Of a stretch of DNA of 64,000 nt, positions 63,712 to 64,000 are shown piece after piece. The notes under the pieces were generated by a model. The model worked only from the letters and a program-made list of their open reading frames with translations, was not told the origin of the DNA and did no database searches. Source of the stretch: Mesotaenium endlicherianum (taxonomy: Eukaryota). The position numbers and the translations under genes were made by a program. The stretch is from contig WELA01000395.1 of the NCBI GenBank assembly GCA_009602735.1, forward strand, positions 131,484 through 195,483, read 5' to 3'. How positions within the stretch are numbered: position 1 is the first letter of the stretch; each line of letters starts with the position of its first letter.

Positions 63712-64000
63712 CATACCCGATATAAATATAATTCGAAACGAGTATATTTGTATGCAAGTGTTGAGCTTTGCCGAGTTTTTGGAACTCGAGTGCATCCATG
63801 ATTGCATGGTCTTGCACTTTCAGCCGCATGATCCTAACCTTGCAAAGTGTTACGCACACTTGGCTCATTTAAAGAGAATGCACATGTGCCTTGCACCAAT
63901 CTATATTGCTGCATTCGCAAAACGACGCGCGTACGATGAGCCTTTCACTCAATTTCGCGCGGCATTGGCAATGCAAAATGGGATTCTGGTAAAGGACCTC

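Overview
Eukaryotic, intron-rich genomic DNA with plant-type features: GC-rich exons, (CA)/(TG)-microsatellite-rich introns, TTTAGGG-like tracts and Met-tRNA-primed LTR elements. I infer a streptophyte alga or similar green lineage; this is not proven. Several N gaps lie next to poly-G/C runs. Host genes, built by hand from phase-consistent splice sites: (1) a ~1945-aa WEB/DUF827-like coiled-coil protein with a long Ser-Pro-rich head and a C-terminal CaaX box (+, 3982-14182); (2) mitochondrial-type ribosomal protein uL1 (+, about 17155-24276, 5' end unresolved); (3) cytosolic-type asparaginyl-tRNA synthetase (+, 27590-36192); (4) a CDPK-superfamily kinase without EF-hands (-, 44953-40312); (5) a diverged, internally deleted inverted paralogue of gene 1 (-, about 50970-45315). 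The right end is a nest of retroelements. A decayed Ty3/gypsy-like relic is interrupted by an LTR element whose 937-bp LTR contains a tRNA-like A/B-box. That element is in turn interrupted by a complete 8820-bp chromovirus (54892-63711, TSD CATAC). The chromovirus is the most interesting object. It has intact gag and pol joined by a clear -1 frameshift signal, plus a third 558-aa sense ORF after pol with its own branch point and splice acceptor, bracketed by two hairpin+PPT-like motifs. All family calls rest on motif recognition from memory; no database searches were run.
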